Source of the DNA: Azolla caroliniana
Taxonomy: Eukaryota > Plantae > Polypodiophyta
Length of the DNA stretch: 64,000 nt
Direction of reading: 5' to 3'
NCBI GenBank assembly: GCA_043228905.1
Contig: JBHGNT010000006.1
Coordinates: 3,844,001-3,908,000, forward strand
This document shows positions 1-12,205 of the stretch, one piece after another. How positions within the stretch are numbered: the first letter of the stretch is position 1; each line of letters starts with the position of its first letter. A program made the position numbers and the translations under genes. The notes beneath the pieces were generated by a model, which saw nothing but the letters and a program-made list of their open reading frames with translations, had not been told where the DNA came from and ran no database searches.

Positions 1-1618
1 GGCACATGCAGTACCGTGAAGATCTCCATTGGTTCCACAATCTTCGCGTCTACGCACCCGATCTCCTCCAGTGAGAATGTGAAAGCCTTCCCGTGCCTCC
101 CGAGCATTCTTCGAAACCGGTCCTCTTCCGCCGGTAGTAGAAAACTATCCCCACCGATCTTGAGCCCTTGTAGCGTTATGTCGGTGAACGTGTGTCCTAT
201 GCTAGCCGGATCTCGTAAACTTGGGTCCGACGCGACCCCCTTTATCCGTAACTCGCTGCCCTCTGGCAAGGGTGCCGCGACTGGCCTCACCTTCCGGTCC
301 ACAGTCTTGTACTTCGCATCCACTCGGGCCGTCCGATCCGACTCGAGTCCACTACCGAAGTCGGCGATGACTTCGTACAACTTTTCCGAACATACCGGAA
401 TCGTCCGGTCCTCATTAAGGCCTTCTCCGAACACCTCCCGTAACTTCCCCAAGGTGTCATAGAAAAAGACTGCCTCCACGGCTCCGTTGATTTCCTCTTC
501 AGGGCCGAGGACTCTACATGCCCGAAGTCGCTCCTCCACCCGCTACTTTTCCCGGCCAACTACGCCGGCTATCATAAAAACCACTGCTATCGGAGAACCA
601 AAATTTTCTACCTATGGTACATGTGTTTTTGCCTATAGTACATCTGTGGGGTTTTTCCGGGGTGTTCGGACTATCGCAGCCCCACGACTTGATAGCCCTA
701 TCCGGGGTGTCGTCGCCGAGGGTCTCGCGGTTTTGCTCGTGGTTGGGTCGCACTGTCATGAATTGGACGGAATGCCAACCGTCTTGGCTCTTGACGTGCG
801 CGTACACCGAACCGTTGTCCATCACTTTAGTCTCCATGCATGCTGCCGTAATGTACGGTTCGCCGCGAATTACCAGGTGCGAGGAAGTCTCCTGCACAAA
901 GAAATGATGATCTATCTCGACGTCACCGATTTTCATGCGTACGTTCGGGCACGCACCATGCAACTCCTCTGTAGCGCGCGTCGCCACGCGTATCTTCCAC
1001 CCGTGCTTTGTGTTGATCGACCATTTCCCCTTTTTATAGAAGTCCATGGACGTCAGGTTGATCTCCGAACCGTGGTCTACCAATGCCACCACCGGCTCCT
1101 GGACGTCGCCGATCCGAACAGGGGTTTCCATAGTTGCCCTAGCCCAATGCGGCTTCGTGTTGTGGCTTTCTGCCAACTCGTTCTCTAGGGCCATGTCTTC
1201 GAAGTGTGCCGTCCACACTTCAACCGGCCTCTCCAGTTTCGGCTCCGCCGAGAGCCTCTTCCACTTCACCAAGTCCACGATGGAGTCGTGGAACTCCTTC
1301 TTGGTGATTCCCAACACCTCTCGTAAGGAAAACTCGACCTTGTTGTCGAGAATTCTCTCTTCCAGGACCTTCTACAGGTCTGTTGTTCGTTCTATTTCGG
1401 TGCTCAGCCGGAAATCAGCCTGCTTCTTCTTCTCCGGTGCGCTGGTGTTGGCAGCCTCATTCGGCTTCGGTCCGAACCGGATCTCGTACCGTTGAGAGGG
1501 GCCGCCCCCTTTGGCCTTTCTCGCGTGCTTGTCTTCTACTAGAACCTCGTAGTTCTGCCATGCGGCTTCTACCGGGTCGTCCCATCTGGTAACCTCTCGG
1601 ATCCGTTGTTTCGCACGG

Positions 1619-2338
1619 TGTCGCGTTGCTACTCGCGTGCGTGGAGAAGGGCGGGACCATGGGGGTCTTGGACTAACGAGTAGAGGAGAAGGAATCGGAC
1701 ACGGAATGGAAGCTTTGCTCGAGAAGAAGAAGAATGAACAAGAGATTAGATCGAACAAGAGGAAGATGGAGACAAGATAAACAACAAGATGTATTAAAAC
1801 GAAATGAACGATTACAAAATGGTGGCCGCATAGGCCGCACCAAACGACTACTCGAAACCCTAACCGACGAAGACGAAGATAAAGATAAAGAATCACTAAC
1901 CCTAACCCTAACGCTCGACCTATGTGGTATACCTCGCACACTCAAAATAGGCAACCCTCACAATGGTGCCTTCCCTCTCCTTTTATAGCACAAGGAGGGA
2001 AGACCGTTTACAAAAACGAGACTAAAATATCCCCTTTCATTCAAAGGGGATATTTGCCTTGATTTGGGGAGGGTGAGATTGATGGCCCCTTAACTCCCAC
2101 CTCCTCAGAAACAACTAGGTACCTATGTACTGCATAGTACCTCTCTCTCTCTCTCGCGTGGATGTGCGCACAAGACCACATTGCCTTTATACCTTAGGGA
2201 TCTTATGGGGCATTTCTAGCACCATACCCTTTTCCCCTATTATTATTACAAATACATTATGTACGTGTGCAACGTTGCACATCGCTCTTTGGCTCTCGTT
2301 CCTCGGGTTTCCGCTCGTGGACGAAAATCTTCACGACA
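1619..2338 (-). mobile_element. Gypsy-type solo LTR inserted in the gypsy gag-pol
   Basis: TGTCGCG...TTCACGACA ends; 4-bp TSD ACGG (1615-1618 / 2339-2342); removing it rejoins the host frame (KKEEADR|AKQRIREVT). Confidence 0.88.
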
Positions 2339-3547
2339 ACGGTCTGCCTCTTCCTTCTTCAGTCGTAGTCCATAGAGACCCTCTAGCACCAACGGCCAAA
2401 ATTCGGAGTCCTCCGCTTTCCGGGCCTCATCGCCCCCGACCCGGATTCCCGCCGATGCCGAGTAGTTAATGGCCTCTGTGTGTCGTGCCGCAGCCTCTTC
2501 CATCAACCGCTTCATTCTGCCGCGACCCGTATTCAACTCTAGGGCTTTCCGGGTCTCGTTCGCATGCACCTGCCCATTCTAGAGGTACACCACGTTGGTC
2601 CTGAGTGCCTCGGCAAAATCCGCCCATTCTTTCCGGATGTGGCCGACCGTGTCGCACCACATGCACCACTGCCCCGTCGGCGGCCTTCGGTCACGAGACT
2701 GTTCGCCGCTGTCCCTCCGGGCCTGTGCGATTTGGAGATCTTGCACCATCTGCAACAGCTCTTCTAGAGCCGCGCCTCTAGAGGGACCTTTGACCACTCT
2801 GCTCGGGGCTGAGCCCATCTCAAGCTAACTTCGAGTTTCTTCCTTCCTAGCCAGTACCGATACCGGCTCCTCGAGCTCCCTCGTCGGGACCGGCCTTGCC
2901 GACGACAAGCCCTCATCATTCCACTCGCGCCGCTTATCGAAACGACCGGAAACCCTCCTTACCATGGCCCAGTCTGCCGTGATCCCTTCATCCGTTTCCA
3001 ACAGGAGACCCACCTTCTCCCGGTCCATGGCGTACACCGACTTGATGAATAGTAGTACCCGGCTTGTGTCGAGCATGGTCCGGTCCTGCGTCGACAGCCG
3101 TGCGAACTGTTTTTCGAACTCCTGGAGGAGCGCCGACGTGTTCCTCCCCTTCCCAGGGCTCTCTAGCCACACCATGAAATCTCGCTTGGACAGCCGAAGC
3201 GAGTCATCGAACCCATACATCTCGAGGAGCCGCAACTCGGACTCCTCCCAAGTCCGGCATCCGGCTAGCACCTCGAGCACCTCTACGTGGATGCTCGACA
3301 TCACCACCCGAGGGAATCTGGACAACCGCCTGTCCACCAAGATATCCCTCATGATCATTTCGGCCCGGTAGGCCTCCAAGTAGCTCGTAGCATTATTCCC
3401 ACCGAATCGACCTATGGTGCTGACGATCGACTCAATGGCCTTGTCGAGAGCACTCGTTCCCTCGCAAGCGCTCACTAGCCAGTCGACGACTACGGCCATA
3501 GCCTCAGCAAGCTCGGATCCCCTCATCCTTCACTCCTTTGCCGCCTC

Positions 3548-3565
3548 TTCACGTCGGGTTCACCA
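3548..3565 (-). promoter_or_regulatory. Primer binding site complementary to tRNA-Trp 3' end
   Basis: + strand TTCACGTCGGGTTCACCA matches the 3' end of plant cytosolic tRNA-Trp plus CCA (tRNA sequence recalled, not searched); 4 nt from the LTR edge. Confidence 0.75.
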
Positions 3566-3569
3566 AATA

Positions 3570-4242
3570 TGTCGCGTTGATATGCGTGTGCGTAGAGAAC
3601 GAGGCGGGACCACGGGGGCCTTGGACCGAGGAATAACCGAATGAGGGGAAGGGATGGAAACTAACGATGTAATTCACACGCACACAGACCCACAAAATCA
3701 CAGGAATTGCAACTAACTACAGAACGCGAGATGGAGACAACAAATGTTTAAGTATATATAAATCAAGGTGTTACAACCGGCAAGCCGCCGAGTGATGGGT
3801 CCCAACGCCTGCACACACACACACAATGCGAGATGGAGACCCTGTCGGAAGCACTCGGGCGTCCCGTGGAGCAGAGTCAGCCTCCCAAAACCTGCACAGA
3901 ACGATTATGGAGACGACAAAGGAGAGGAGAAGCGCTCGGTTCCAGTCCGGCAGCACTTCGTCCTCCACAAAAACAAAATCCCCTTTTCCTTCTCACTTCT
4001 CCCTCTCTTTTATAGCCCAAGGATGGAGGCCGTTACCACCTGCTACATCATGTTCATTCCCTATCCTTTCGGACAGGGATACGGCTCGATTTCCTCCCTA
4101 CCGAATGCGTACTACCTAGGATTTCGCCTCAGGCGACTTGTACCTACCTACGTACTATACAACAAAACTTGTGCCCACATGTAAGGGCCGGTTTACGCAC
4201 GTTATACCCGGTCTCTGCCCAGGGACGGTTTTCTCCACGACA
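3570..4242 (-). repeat. 5' LTR of the gypsy element
   Basis: Ends TGTCGCG...CCACGACA on +; TATA-like CTATAAAA on - near 4010; its left end resembles the left end of solo LTR 1619-2338; PBS 4 nt inside. Confidence 0.85.
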
Positions 4243-4647
4243 CCGCAGACTCCGAACTATCACAATGAAGAGAAGGCGTACAATTAGAGACTCAGAGGCA
4301 ACAACCTCGAGCCCTGTTTCTTTGCACAGTGGCGGTTACAACAGAGTATCGCTCTGTATCTCTCCCTCCCTCTCTCCCTCTCTCTCTAGACAACAGTTAC
4401 AGCAATATACAAAAACACAATCACACGACTACCTAAAGTGATTGCCCTAAGTCATATTTATAGTTATATGAACTTAGGGCTATTTACAAATATAGCCTCA
4501 ATGGGCTTATTCAAGACATATTTACAAATCTGTCTTCTCTTCCGGTTCTCACCGGGTTCACCGATCCGGTTTTTGGATCTCTTCCGATTCCCACCGACTC
4601 TCTTTATTCATCACCGGATCCCATCCGGAGAAACCGATTTCCCAACA
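4243..4647 (-). repeat. Partial 3' LTR of copia A
   Basis: Matches about 13942-14357; ends ...GATTTCCCAACA; its remainder is displaced beyond the gypsy insertion. Confidence 0.85.
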
Positions 4648-5340
4648 GTGCATGCCATGAATTTTATGATGTGATTGGTTGTATTGCGCACAACCTCATT
4701 AGTCATGCATAAGATGCATATTTCACAAGGATGAGGTATGGGATGTCTTGTAAGTCTGATTTGCATCCGGCATGCGTACAACTTGTTAGATGTCAGTACC
4801 TTGGTCAACATATCCGACCCGTTCTCCTCCATGTGGATCTTCGTCATCATGAACTCTCGATCTTCAACTCACTCCCGGATCCAGTGGTACCTGCGTTGGA
4901 TGTGCTTCGTTCTAGAATGGTATGTCGCGTTCTTTGCAAGGTGGATGGCACTTTGACTGTCGCAGTAGAGCTGGTATTCCTCTTGCCAAATCTCTTGCTC
5001 TCCGATGAAGTCCTTCATCCATAAAATTTCCTTGCCGGCTTCCACGACTACCATGTACTCTGCTGACAGGAATGCACGCTCCCTTCAGCCTCACTCGGCC
5101 ACAACCGAGTCTAAAATCGAAACACAAGGAAAAACGAGGAGTGGATGCACGACACAATGGAGAGAAGAGAACATAGGATGTTTACGTGGAAAAACCCAAA
5201 CTAGGGAAAAAACCACGGCAACCCACAGACTGCGAACTATCGCTATATCACAAAGATTACAACAGTGAGCTCACGGAGGCAACGACCTCGTGCTCACGAT
5301 CTTCGCCACAGGCGGCGGTTACAACAGAGGCAACGACCTC

Positions 5341-5386
<46 letters not shown>

Positions 5387-7464
5387 TACACTATTACGCT
5401 CTCTCTAGTCTTGCACCAACAAGAATGACAACGAACTACAACTAAGTTTGCCCTAAGTCATATTTATATTAATATGACTTTTCAGCTATTTACAAATATA
5501 GCCCCGATGGACTCTCAGAAACATATTTACAAATATGTCCCTTCATCCGGTGATCACTCCTTACCGGGCCTGCATCATCCGGCGCTTGCCGGGCACACCT
5601 CATCCGGTTCTCACCGGGTCTTCCGTAACCAGGTACTCCTCATCCGGTTCTCACCGGGTCATCCGTAGCCGGGTACTCCTCATCCGGAGTGACCTGTTTC
5701 CTAACAAACTTCCCCTTCACTCCGGCATTTACAGTCTGGGGTAAGGTGGAACGACGCTCCTGAGTCGACCACCCAGGTCATCTCATCGCCGGCAAGGTTT
5801 ATCTCACTCTCCTCAGTGATGAGCATCAACTCTTCTTCACTTGTCGCGATTGCCGTCTTCCCTTCCGGTCCGTTCCCCTCCTGTCTTTACCGTTCCGGTC
5901 CGGTGTCCTCTTCGAATCGGTACCGTCGGTTTCCTTGTCTTTTCAGAAATGCCGACAATTCTTCTAGAAGTGTCCCGGCTTGCCACAATAGAAGCAAGTA
6001 GGCCTTCCCCTTCACTTTGACCATGTCCCCGACTTTTCCCGGTTCTGGGGACTACGGTTTCTATGTCTTCCGCGTTCCGATTCGGTAAGGAGCGCTTTGG
6101 AGTCAGAGCTCGTATCCTTATCTTTCCGACGCGCCTCCTCATCTAGCAAGCTCGACTTCACTCTTGCTAGGGATAACAATTTCCCTTCCGGCCCGGCGTT
6201 GCCCAAGGTGACAACCAACGTCTCCCAACTATCTGGGAGGGAACCGAGCAGGAGTAGCGCTAGTACCTCTTCGGCGAGAGGTACTTCCAATGATGTTGCC
6301 TGGTGGATCAGCCCCTGGAAGGCATTCATGTGCTCCGCCATGCTGGAGCCATCTTGGTACCAGAGTCTTACTAGGTTCCGAAATACTGGAACCTGATTGA
6401 CAACATTTTTGTTCTGAAACATAATGCTGATCTTCTCCCAGAGCTCATGAGCCTTGCTCTCTTCATTGAAGTTGTTGTATAGGCTCATATCGATGAAGCA
6501 CCGTATGTAAGCCGTTCTCTTCATGTGCATCACCGTATGTCCGGTCTCTTGTCCCCGAACTGAACCGGCAGCCAAAGGTCCTTCACCACGAGCATGTCCC
6601 TCATCTTCGACTTCCACACCAAATAGTTGGAGCCGGTGAGCTTGAACATGCCTCCCAACGAATCGTCCATTTTTTTGTGTTGCCTCGCTTTGACAGGAAT
6701 GCACGCTCCCTTCAGCCTCACTCGACCACAACCGAGTCTAAAATCAAAACACAAGAAAAAACGGGGAGTGGATGCACGACACAATGGAGAGAAGATAACA
6801 CAGGATGTTTACGTGGAAAAACCCAAACTAGGGAAAAAACCACGGCAGCCCACAGACTGCGAACTATCACTATATCACAAAGATTACAACAGTGAGCTCA
6901 CGGAGGCAACGACCTCGTGCTCACGATCTTTGCCACAGGCGGCGGTTACAACAGAGGCAACGACCTCTTCCTCTCTCTCTCTCTCTCTGTGTGTACACTA
7001 TTACGCTGTCGTGAAAATCCGTCACTATATGCGGATCGTGAGAGGAACCGTCGGGGTTCTGGACTAGAAGGATTTAGTGCAACACGTACAACACAAGCAA
7101 GTTTTAAGCATAAGACAAGTGGAAGAGAAAAATCATTAGTTTATTGCAAAAGAAAATCGATTCTTTATAATTTCAGAATCGTGTTACAATGGGTTGGGTA
7201 TGGAAATGAGAGATTAAATTTTCAAAGAAAGGAGCCAACAGCCATGCAAGGAGTGGTCTGATCTGAATACGAGAGATAATTTTTTACTAGAAAGATCAAG
7301 TAAACAAAGCTAGGAGTTTGATATCAATATGTGAGATAATTTGTTTCTCGAATCCGAGAGGGAAGAAGAAAGAAGGGGAAAAAAGAAAGACTAAGAGGGA
7401 AAAAATGGGACATATATTGAGCTCCTCGTTGATCCTCCTCCCCAATGTTACTTTGCATCCCCAC

Positions 7465-7581
7465 TTTTAGTTGGATGGCCTCTATTTTTAGTTGTATGGC
7501 CTCTGCTTTTAGTTGCATGCTTCCATTTTTAGATGCATGCCTTTTACTTTTAGTTGCATGGCCTTGGCTTTTGGTTGCATG
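7465..7581. repeat. 21-bp minisatellite, about 5.5 copies (TTTTAGTTGCATGGCCTCTGC-like)
   Basis: TTTTAGTTG(C/G/T)ATG recurs at 21-bp spacing. Confidence 0.8.
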
Positions 7582-7707
7582 TGATTGTCCGTATAATTCG
7601 GCCAAATGACACAATCATCCATAAAGTTTAGCCCGTGCGCAATTCGTACGTGCGTCGCAACCAAATCGTAGACGCGTCCGCGCGCAAAAGTCTCGACCAT
7701 GTAGTAG

Positions 7708-8241
7708 TGTACGCATCCACGCATGTGCGCGTGCGCACACACGCGTCCGCGCACTCGTCCACACAAACGCGTACGTCCACGCATGCGCACACACGCGTTC
7801 GCGCGCTCGTCCGCACATACGCGTCCGTCCGAAACGTCCATGCGTACGCCCAAAACTTGCACACGCACGTACATCCGCGCATACATTCGAAAACGTCCAC
7901 GATGTACGCATCCACGCATGTGCGCGTGCGCACACACGCGTCCGCGCACTCGTCCACACAAACGCGTACGTCCACGCATGCGCACACACGCGTTCGCGCG
8001 CTCGTCCGCACATACACTTCCGTCCGAAACGTCCATGCGTACGCCCAAAACTTGCACACGCATGTGCGCGTGCGCACACACGCGTCCGCGCACTCGTCCA
8101 CACAAACGCGTACGTCCACGCATGCGCACACACGCGTTCGCGCGCTCGTCCGCACATACACTTCCGTCCGAAACGTCCATGCGTACGCCCAAAACTTGCA
8201 CACGCACGTACATCCGCGCATACATTCGAAAACGTCCACGC
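7708..8241. repeat. CpG-rich tandem repeat (195-bp unit plus a 144-bp partial duplication) inside the solo LTR
   Basis: Three near-identical copies of CACGCATGTGCGCGTGCGCACACACGCG...AAAACTTGCACACGCA; explains the repetitive ORFs in five frames. Confidence 0.92.
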
Positions 8242-9953
8242 GGCCATGCACACCACATAGTGTAACCCAAGTCACCTTGAACATTCTGTGTTCCACACAT
8301 TGATAGAATGAATATGTTTTGGTTTCCCTTATATATCTTGGGTTCCAATGTTGTCCTATCTATGTGGGATATCTCACAGTTTTGTCTTTTCTTTCTTCTT
8401 CTTTAAACTTCTCACTCACATAGCTTGATACTTGTTTATCTGTTTCATGCGTAGTAAAATACATTATGAAACTCTTGAAGACATCTATCTATATGAATAC
8501 ATTAAGCTAATATTAAATAATTATTTTACTAGTTTTCACATTGTGTGTGAAAAACCACACGACAACGTGCTCTCTAGTCTTGCACCAACAAGAATGACAA
8601 CGAACTACAACTACCCTAAGTCATATTTATACTAATATGACTTTTCGGCTAGTTACAAATATAGCCCCGATGGACTCTCATAAACATATTTACAAATATG
8701 TCACTTCATCCGGTGATCACTCCTCACCGGACCTGCATCATCCGGCGCTTGCCGGGCACACCTCATACGATTCTCACCGGGTCTTCCGTAACCGGGTACT
8801 CCTCATCCGGTTCTCACCGGATCTTCATCATCCGGTTCTCACCGAGTCCCGGGTCATCCGTAACCGGGTACTCCTCATCCGGTTCTCACTAGGTCTTCAT
8901 CATCCGATTCTCACCGGGTCATCCGTAGCCAGGTACTCCTCATCCGGAGGGACCTGTTTCCTAACATCTACCTTCGTGGTTGACAACGCAACCGTCTTCT
9001 GCAACCTCGACTGCCATGAAACGGCTCCCCCTGCATAGGTCATGACATATCTGGAAGTTGACCGGTTGGTGTCCACATCAACCGACATATCTGAATCGGT
9101 AAAGCCTTCCATGAGGGGTTTACCGAAGCCGAATCAAAGGCACATACTCGAAGTGTCCTTCAAGTACCGGAGTATCCATTTTACCGCATTCCTGTGCTCT
9201 TTTCCAGGGTTGGTCCTGAACCGACTCACCACTTCGACTGCATATCCAATATCCAATCGAGTACACACCATTGCGTACATCAAGCTCCTGATCGCATAGG
9301 CATATGGAATCTTCATCATATCCGCCTTCTCTACCTTTGTCTTCGGGCTTTGCTTACTAGATAATCTACAGTTTGTCGGGAGTGTCGATCCGACCGGTTT
9401 TGCTTCTGACATGTTAAACTGCTAAAGCACCTTTGTTACATACTTTTCCTGTGACAGCCACAATTGCTTCTTCGACCGGTCCCGGATGATGTGCATCCCT
9501 AGTATTTGTCTTGCCGGTTAAGGGCCTTCTTCAGCATCCGTATCTTCACTTGGTCTCGTCCGACGATCAACATGTCGTCCACGTACAGGAGCAATATCAG
9601 GAAATCTCCTCCATCAAATTTCTTCACAAACACGCAGTGATCAGCTTGCGTCTTGTGGTACCCTTGATCGGTCATGAAGGAGTCAAACTTTCGATACCAT
9701 TGCCGGGGAGCTTGCTTCAGTCCGTATAAGCTCTTCTTCAGCTGGCACACCAGGTGCTCCTTCCCTTTCTTCTCAAATCCTTCTGATTGATGCATGTAGA
9801 TCTCTTCTTCAAGGTCTCCGTGTAGGAATGCGACTTGACATCCAGTTGCTCTACATCGAGGTCCATGCTTGCCGCTATGCCCAATACCATTTGGATGGAT
9901 GTCATCTTTACTACCGGGGCAAAGACCTCATCGAAGTCCACTCCTTTCTTCTA

Positions 9954-11852
9954 CTAGAAGCCCTTTACCACGATTCGGGCCTTATACCTTGGTGGATTTC
10001 CGGCGTCTCCCGGTTTTAGCTTGTACACCCACTTGTTCCGGAGTGCCATCTTGCCTTTCGGCAACTCCACCAATTTGTATGTGTGGTTCTCATGCAGGGA
10101 ATCCATCTCATCCTGCATGGCACTGAACCACTTACGGTTGTGGGTGTCTCCCCTTGCTTCTTTAGAGCTTTCCGGCTCCCCCGCATCGGTTAGCAACACA
10201 TGCTCTGCATCCGGAAATCTTCGCGGGGCTCTTCTCTCCCGGAGAGGATATCTCCGTCCTTGGTTTCTGATTGCCGGTTCCTCCATTTGTTCCTCATCCG
10301 ATTCCGATTCCGGATCTTGTCCGGTTCCGGTGTCTTCTTCTTCTTCTTCTTCTTCTTCTTCTTCTTCTTCTTCTTCTTCTTCTTCTTCTTCTTCTTCTTC
10401 TTCTTCTTCTTCTTCTTCTTCTTCTTCTTCTTCTGTCAGTTCGGTTTCCTGTCCGTATCCGGCCAGTTCGTCGAGTGTCATCCGGTTTTCAAAGGATGAT
10501 CCGGAGTTCATTACCTTCTTCTCTGACTCCCAGTCGGCAATGGTCCTGTCTTCCATGAAGACTATGTCCCGACTCCAGAACACCTTTCTGTCGACCAGAT
10601 CCCACACCCAGTAACCGAACTCATCATTGCCGTATACAAGGAATATGCATGGTCGGGACTTCGGATCCAGCTTTTCTCTCTTGTCCTTCGCCACATGCAC
10701 GTATGCGAGATACCCGAACACCTTCAAATGCCGGTAAGACACATCCTTACCAGTCCATACTTTCTGCGGTGAGTCTCCGTCCAAGGGTACTGAGGTTGAT
10801 CTGTTTATCACATAGGTCGTCGTTGTCAGCGCCTCAACCCAAAACGTCTTGGGTAGCTTGGCATGTGCGAGCATGCTCCGGACTCTCTCCATTATGGTCT
10901 GGTTCATCCTTTCGGCCAACCCGTTTAGTTCCAACGTCTTCTGCACGGTGAATTCGAGCCGGATTCCCCTCGACCAGTAGTACTCCTCGAACTGCCCCCG
11001 GTATTCTCCTCCATTATTTGCTCGAACCGCCTTCAGCTTCCGGCCGGTTTCTCTTTCCACTCTCACGTCGAGCTCCTTGAAGACGGATAGCACCTGATCC
11101 TTCATCTTCAACGGCGAGACCCACAGCTTCTGGTTGTGGTCATCTATGAATGTCACAAAGTACTGCGATCCGGCATGTGACTTCGTGTCCACTTGACACA
11201 CATCGGTATGCACCAACTCTAGTGGTGCATTCCGTCTCATCGGTGGTCCTGATCGGAAGGAGGTTCGGTTTTGCTTGTTGTCCAAGAAATCGGTGCACTT
11301 CTCAAGTTGCACTTCCTTCACCGGAATGAGGTTGTCTTCGGCAAGCCTCTTCATCCCCTTCTCACTCATGTGACACAGTCTTTTGTGCCATAGCTCATCG
11401 GCAGTGTCAGATGCTACGTTCACTTCTTCTCGGCATATCCGGGCATTCATCAAGTACTGTGTGTTGACCTTCCGGGCTCGAGCCACTATTAAGCTCAATT
11501 TGCAGAACTTCATGACACCGTTCCGGATGCTACCTGTGTAGCCTTCATCATCTAGCTGACCGGCTGATATCAGGTTCAGTCGAACCTCCGAAATGTGTCG
11601 GACATCCTTCAGCAACAACTTGCATCCGGTTGATGTCGTCAATAGCACATCTCCTATGCTGATAATTCGGCATCTCCCTTCATTCCCCATTTGGACACAG
11701 TCGTGCTCACCGGCTGTGTAGGATGAGAAGCATTTCCGGTCCGAGGTAAGGTGGAACGACGCTCCGGAATTGACAACCCACGTTGTCTCGTCGACGACAA
11801 GGTTCAACTCACTCACCTCGGTTATGAGCATTAGTTCTTCTTCACTTGCCAT
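9954..11852 (-). pseudogene. Copia A pol fragment (protease-integrase-start of RT)
   Basis: WVVNSGASFH (catalytic D to N), WHKRLCH, LVHTDVC, RANNGGEY, NGLAERMN, KLDPKS, YKARIVVKGF; contains a poly-Glu expansion; flanked by stops/frameshifts. Confidence 0.9.
10333..10434. repeat. (TTC)n/(GAA)n microsatellite, about 34 units
   Basis: Pure trinucleotide run inside the copia integrase-RT linker, read as poly-Glu. Confidence 0.97.
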
Positions 11853-12205
11853 GATCGTCGTCGTTCCCTTCCGGTCCGGGCCTCGCCGATCCGAACCGTT
11901 TCGGTCCGGTGACTTGTTCGAATCGGTACTGTCGGTTCCCTTGTCTTTCCGGAAATGCCGACAGTTCTTCTGGAAGTGACCCGGCTTGCCGCAATAGAAG
12001 CAAGTGGGCCTCCCCCTTGACTTTGACCGCGTCCCCGACTTTTCCTGGTTCTGGGGACTCCGATTCCTTTGTCTTCCACGTTCCTATTCGGTAAGGTGGG
12101 CTTTGGCGTTGGAGATCGCCTCCTTGTCTTTCCGACGCGCCTCCTCATCTAGCAAGCTCGACTTGACTCTTGCTAGGGATAGCTGTTTTCCTTCCGGCCC
12201 GGCGT

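Larger units (their letters stand above)
1..4242 (-). mobile_element. Ty3/gypsy LTR retrotransposon, 5' part (5' LTR, PBS, gag, protease, pre-RT region); degenerate, continues left of the window
   Basis: Minus-strand gag-like ORF 2825-3526, degenerate zinc knuckle CMWCDTVGHIRKEW (2579-2818), aspartic protease motif ALVDHGSEINL (514-1317), then RT-proximal sequence; stops and frameshifts. LTR 3570-4242 with TG...CA ends; flanked at 4243 by copia LTR sequence. Confidence 0.88.
7007..8564 (-). mobile_element. Gypsy-type solo LTR inserted in the 5' LTR of copia B
   Basis: TGTCGTGAAAA...CACACGACA ends; TSD ACGC/ACGT; uninterrupted site visible in the sister LTR near 5392-5410; both end regions homologous to 12206-13265. 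Confidence 0.85.
5064..8966 (-). mobile_element. Copia B: internally deleted gag-only (TR-GAG-like) element nested in the RNase H of copia A
   Basis: LTRs 5064-5706 and 6691-8966 (latter split by 7007-8564); 5-bp TSD TCTGC/TCTAC; removal restores the ALSTT-K/E-AEYM motif. The ~1 kb interior has gag similar to copia A, a zinc knuckle and DSGASFHLT, then the PPT (about 5708-5720). Confidence 0.88.

Noticed and set aside
7509-8348. Five overlapping 180-279 aa ORFs
   Set aside because: Product of a stop-free tandem repeat inside a solo LTR; no protein-family signal.
10021-10614. Plus-strand poly-Ser/Phe/Leu ORFs
   Set aside because: Antisense readings of the TTC microsatellite in copia pol.
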